Source of the DNA: Octopus bimaculoides
Lineage: Eukaryota
Reading direction: 5' to 3'
Length of the DNA stretch: 53,484 bases
Assembly: GCF_001194135.2 (NCBI RefSeq)
Contig: NC_068987.1
Coordinates: forward strand, 130,164 to 183,647
A program made the position numbers and the translations under genes. Shown in pieces: positions 51,701 to 53,484 of this stretch. The notes beneath the pieces were generated by a model that had not been told where the DNA came from, searched no databases, and saw only the letters and a program-made list of their open reading frames with translations. How positions within the stretch are numbered: position 1 is the first letter of the stretch; each line of letters opens with the position of its first letter.

Positions 51701-53055
51701 CGAATGAACGAAAGAAGGATCAAACGAAGGAACAAACGAACGTACGTACGAATGATCGAACGAACGAACGTACGTACGACAGAGCGAACGAACGAACGAA
51801 ACGAAACAGCGACTAAACGAACGTACTTTCTTACGTACAAACGAACAAACTAACGAACGTACCTACGAAAGAACGTACTACGTACGACCGAATAAACAAA
51901 CGAACGAAAGTAGTTACGTACGAACGAACGAACGAAAATACGTACGTACGTACTACGTAGTACGTACGTAAGAATGAACAAACGAACATACCTACGTACG
52001 AACGAATGAAAGATCGAACAAACAGACGAAGGAACGTACGTACGTACGATCGAGCGAACGAAGGAACGTGCGTACGTACGAACGAACGAACGAACGAATG
52101 AAGGTACGTACATACAACGAACGTACGAACGAGCGAATGAACGAACGAACGAAAGAATGAACAAACGAATGAACGTACGTACTTAGGTACGTACGAACCT
52201 ACGTACCAACGAACGTACGTCCGAACGTAGGTACGTACGAACGAACGAACGTAATTACGTACGTACAACGAACGAACGTACGTACTTACGAACGAAAGAA
52301 TAAACGAACGAACGTATGTACGTACGTACGAACGAACATACGTACGAATGAAGGAACGAACGAACGTACGCACGTCCGTACGTAGGAACGCACATACGAA
52401 CGAACGAAAGAATTAACGAACGAACGAATGCAGGAAAGACGGAACGAGCGATCGAACAAACGAATTAACAAACAAACGTAGGTACATACGTACAAACGAA
52501 CGAACAACCGTACGTACGAAGGAACAAACGAACGAACGTACGTATGAAGGAACAAACGAACGATTGAACGAACGAACGAACAAACGAAAGAAGGAACAAC
52601 CGATGGAACGAAGGAACAAAAGAACGAGCTAACGAACGAAAGTACGTACGTACGTACGAACGAACGAAAGAACGTACGTACGTACGAAGGAACGAGTGTT
52701 CGTACGTACACACTTACGTACGAACGAACAAACGAACGAAATAAGGAAAAAACGAACGTACATACGAATGTAAATAGGTACGAACGAACGAACAACAGAA
52801 TTAACGAACAAACGCAAGTACGCACGAACGAATGGACTAACGATCGAACGTACGTACGTACGAATGAACGAACGAACGAACGTAAGTACGTACGAAAGAA
52901 CGAACGTACGTACGTACCTGCGAAAGAACGAACGAACGAACGATCGAAGGAACGAACGAAAGAACAAACGTGCGTACGTACGAAGAAACGAACGCACGAA
53001 CGGACGAACAAACGAAGGTAAGTTTGTACGTACGTACATACGTAAGAATGAAGGA
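48757..53055. repeat. Complex tetranucleotide satellite, (ACGA/ACGT/AAGA/ACAA/AGGA...)n, about 4.3 kb, CpG-dense, with an inverted block at about 50257-50563
   Basis: Seen directly; contains no N-gaps; higher-order duplicated segments are identifiable. Confidence 0.97.
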
Positions 53056-53105
53056 CCCAGTCATATGTATGTATATATATATATGTATGTATGTATATAT
53101 ATATA

Positions 53106-53484
53106 GAGGTAGTCGATAGCTTCCGCTATCTGGGTGACCAAGTTAGTAGTGTGGGTGGGTGCGCTGAAAGTGTAACTGCTAGAATAAGAATAGCCTGGGC
53201 CAAGTTTAGAGAGCTCTTACCTCTGCTGGCGACAAAGGGACTCTCACTCAGAGTAAAAGGCAGACTGTATGACGCATGTGTACGAACAGCCATGCTACAT
53301 GGCAGTGAAACATGGGCTGTAACTGCTGAGGACATGCGTAAGCTCGCAAGGAATGAAGCCAGTATGCTCCGCTGGATGTGTAATGTAAATGTGCATACCC
53401 ATCAGAGTGTAAGTATCTTGAGAGAAAAGCTGAACATAAGAAGCATCAGTTGTGGTGTGCAAGAGAGACGATTGCGCTGGTTTG
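53106..53484 (+). mobile_element. Young RTE LINE ORF2 C-terminal part, open frame to the window end
   Basis: EVVDSFRYLGDQVSSVGGCAESVTARIRIAWAKFRELLPLL..LHGSETWAVTAEDMRKLARNEASMLRWMC..RRLRWF with no stops. Confidence 0.93.

Noticed and set aside
48614-53106. Dozens of overlapping ORFs (SFVR/TYVR and TNER repeats) up to 241 aa
   Set aside because: They are a by-product of a 4-bp-periodic repeat that rarely forms stop codons. They occur in all frames on both strands and have no splice or codon evidence.

Overview
This is AT-rich, microsatellite-dense animal genomic DNA with seven N-gaps. The RTE LINE and tRNA-SINE families resemble those of octopod cephalopods; that taxon call is inference from repeat sequence, not a database hit. 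The window holds one complete protein-coding gene on the + strand, a TTC39A/B-like tetratricopeptide-repeat protein. I reconstructed it by hand as 17 coding exons (3653-44274), all GT-AG with consistent phases, totalling 1842 nt or 613 aa. Introns and flanks are filled with decayed RTE LINEs, R4/Dong-like RLE LINE fragments, a Penelope-like GIY-YIG fragment, an internally deleted mariner and several tRNA-SINE families. Four observations stand out. (1) A gap-free 4.3-kb, extremely CpG-dense ACGA/ACGT satellite (48757-53055) has higher-order repeats and an internal inversion. (2) A Cys4-His-Cys3 PHD-type finger is inserted inside the RT domain of the local RTE family. (3) In-frame-skippable exon 12 is bracketed by near-identical inverted RTE tails. 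(4) Several intronic or upstream fold-back hairpins are candidate dsRNA or ADAR substrates. No prokaryotic features, CRISPR arrays, rRNA or true tRNA genes are supported.
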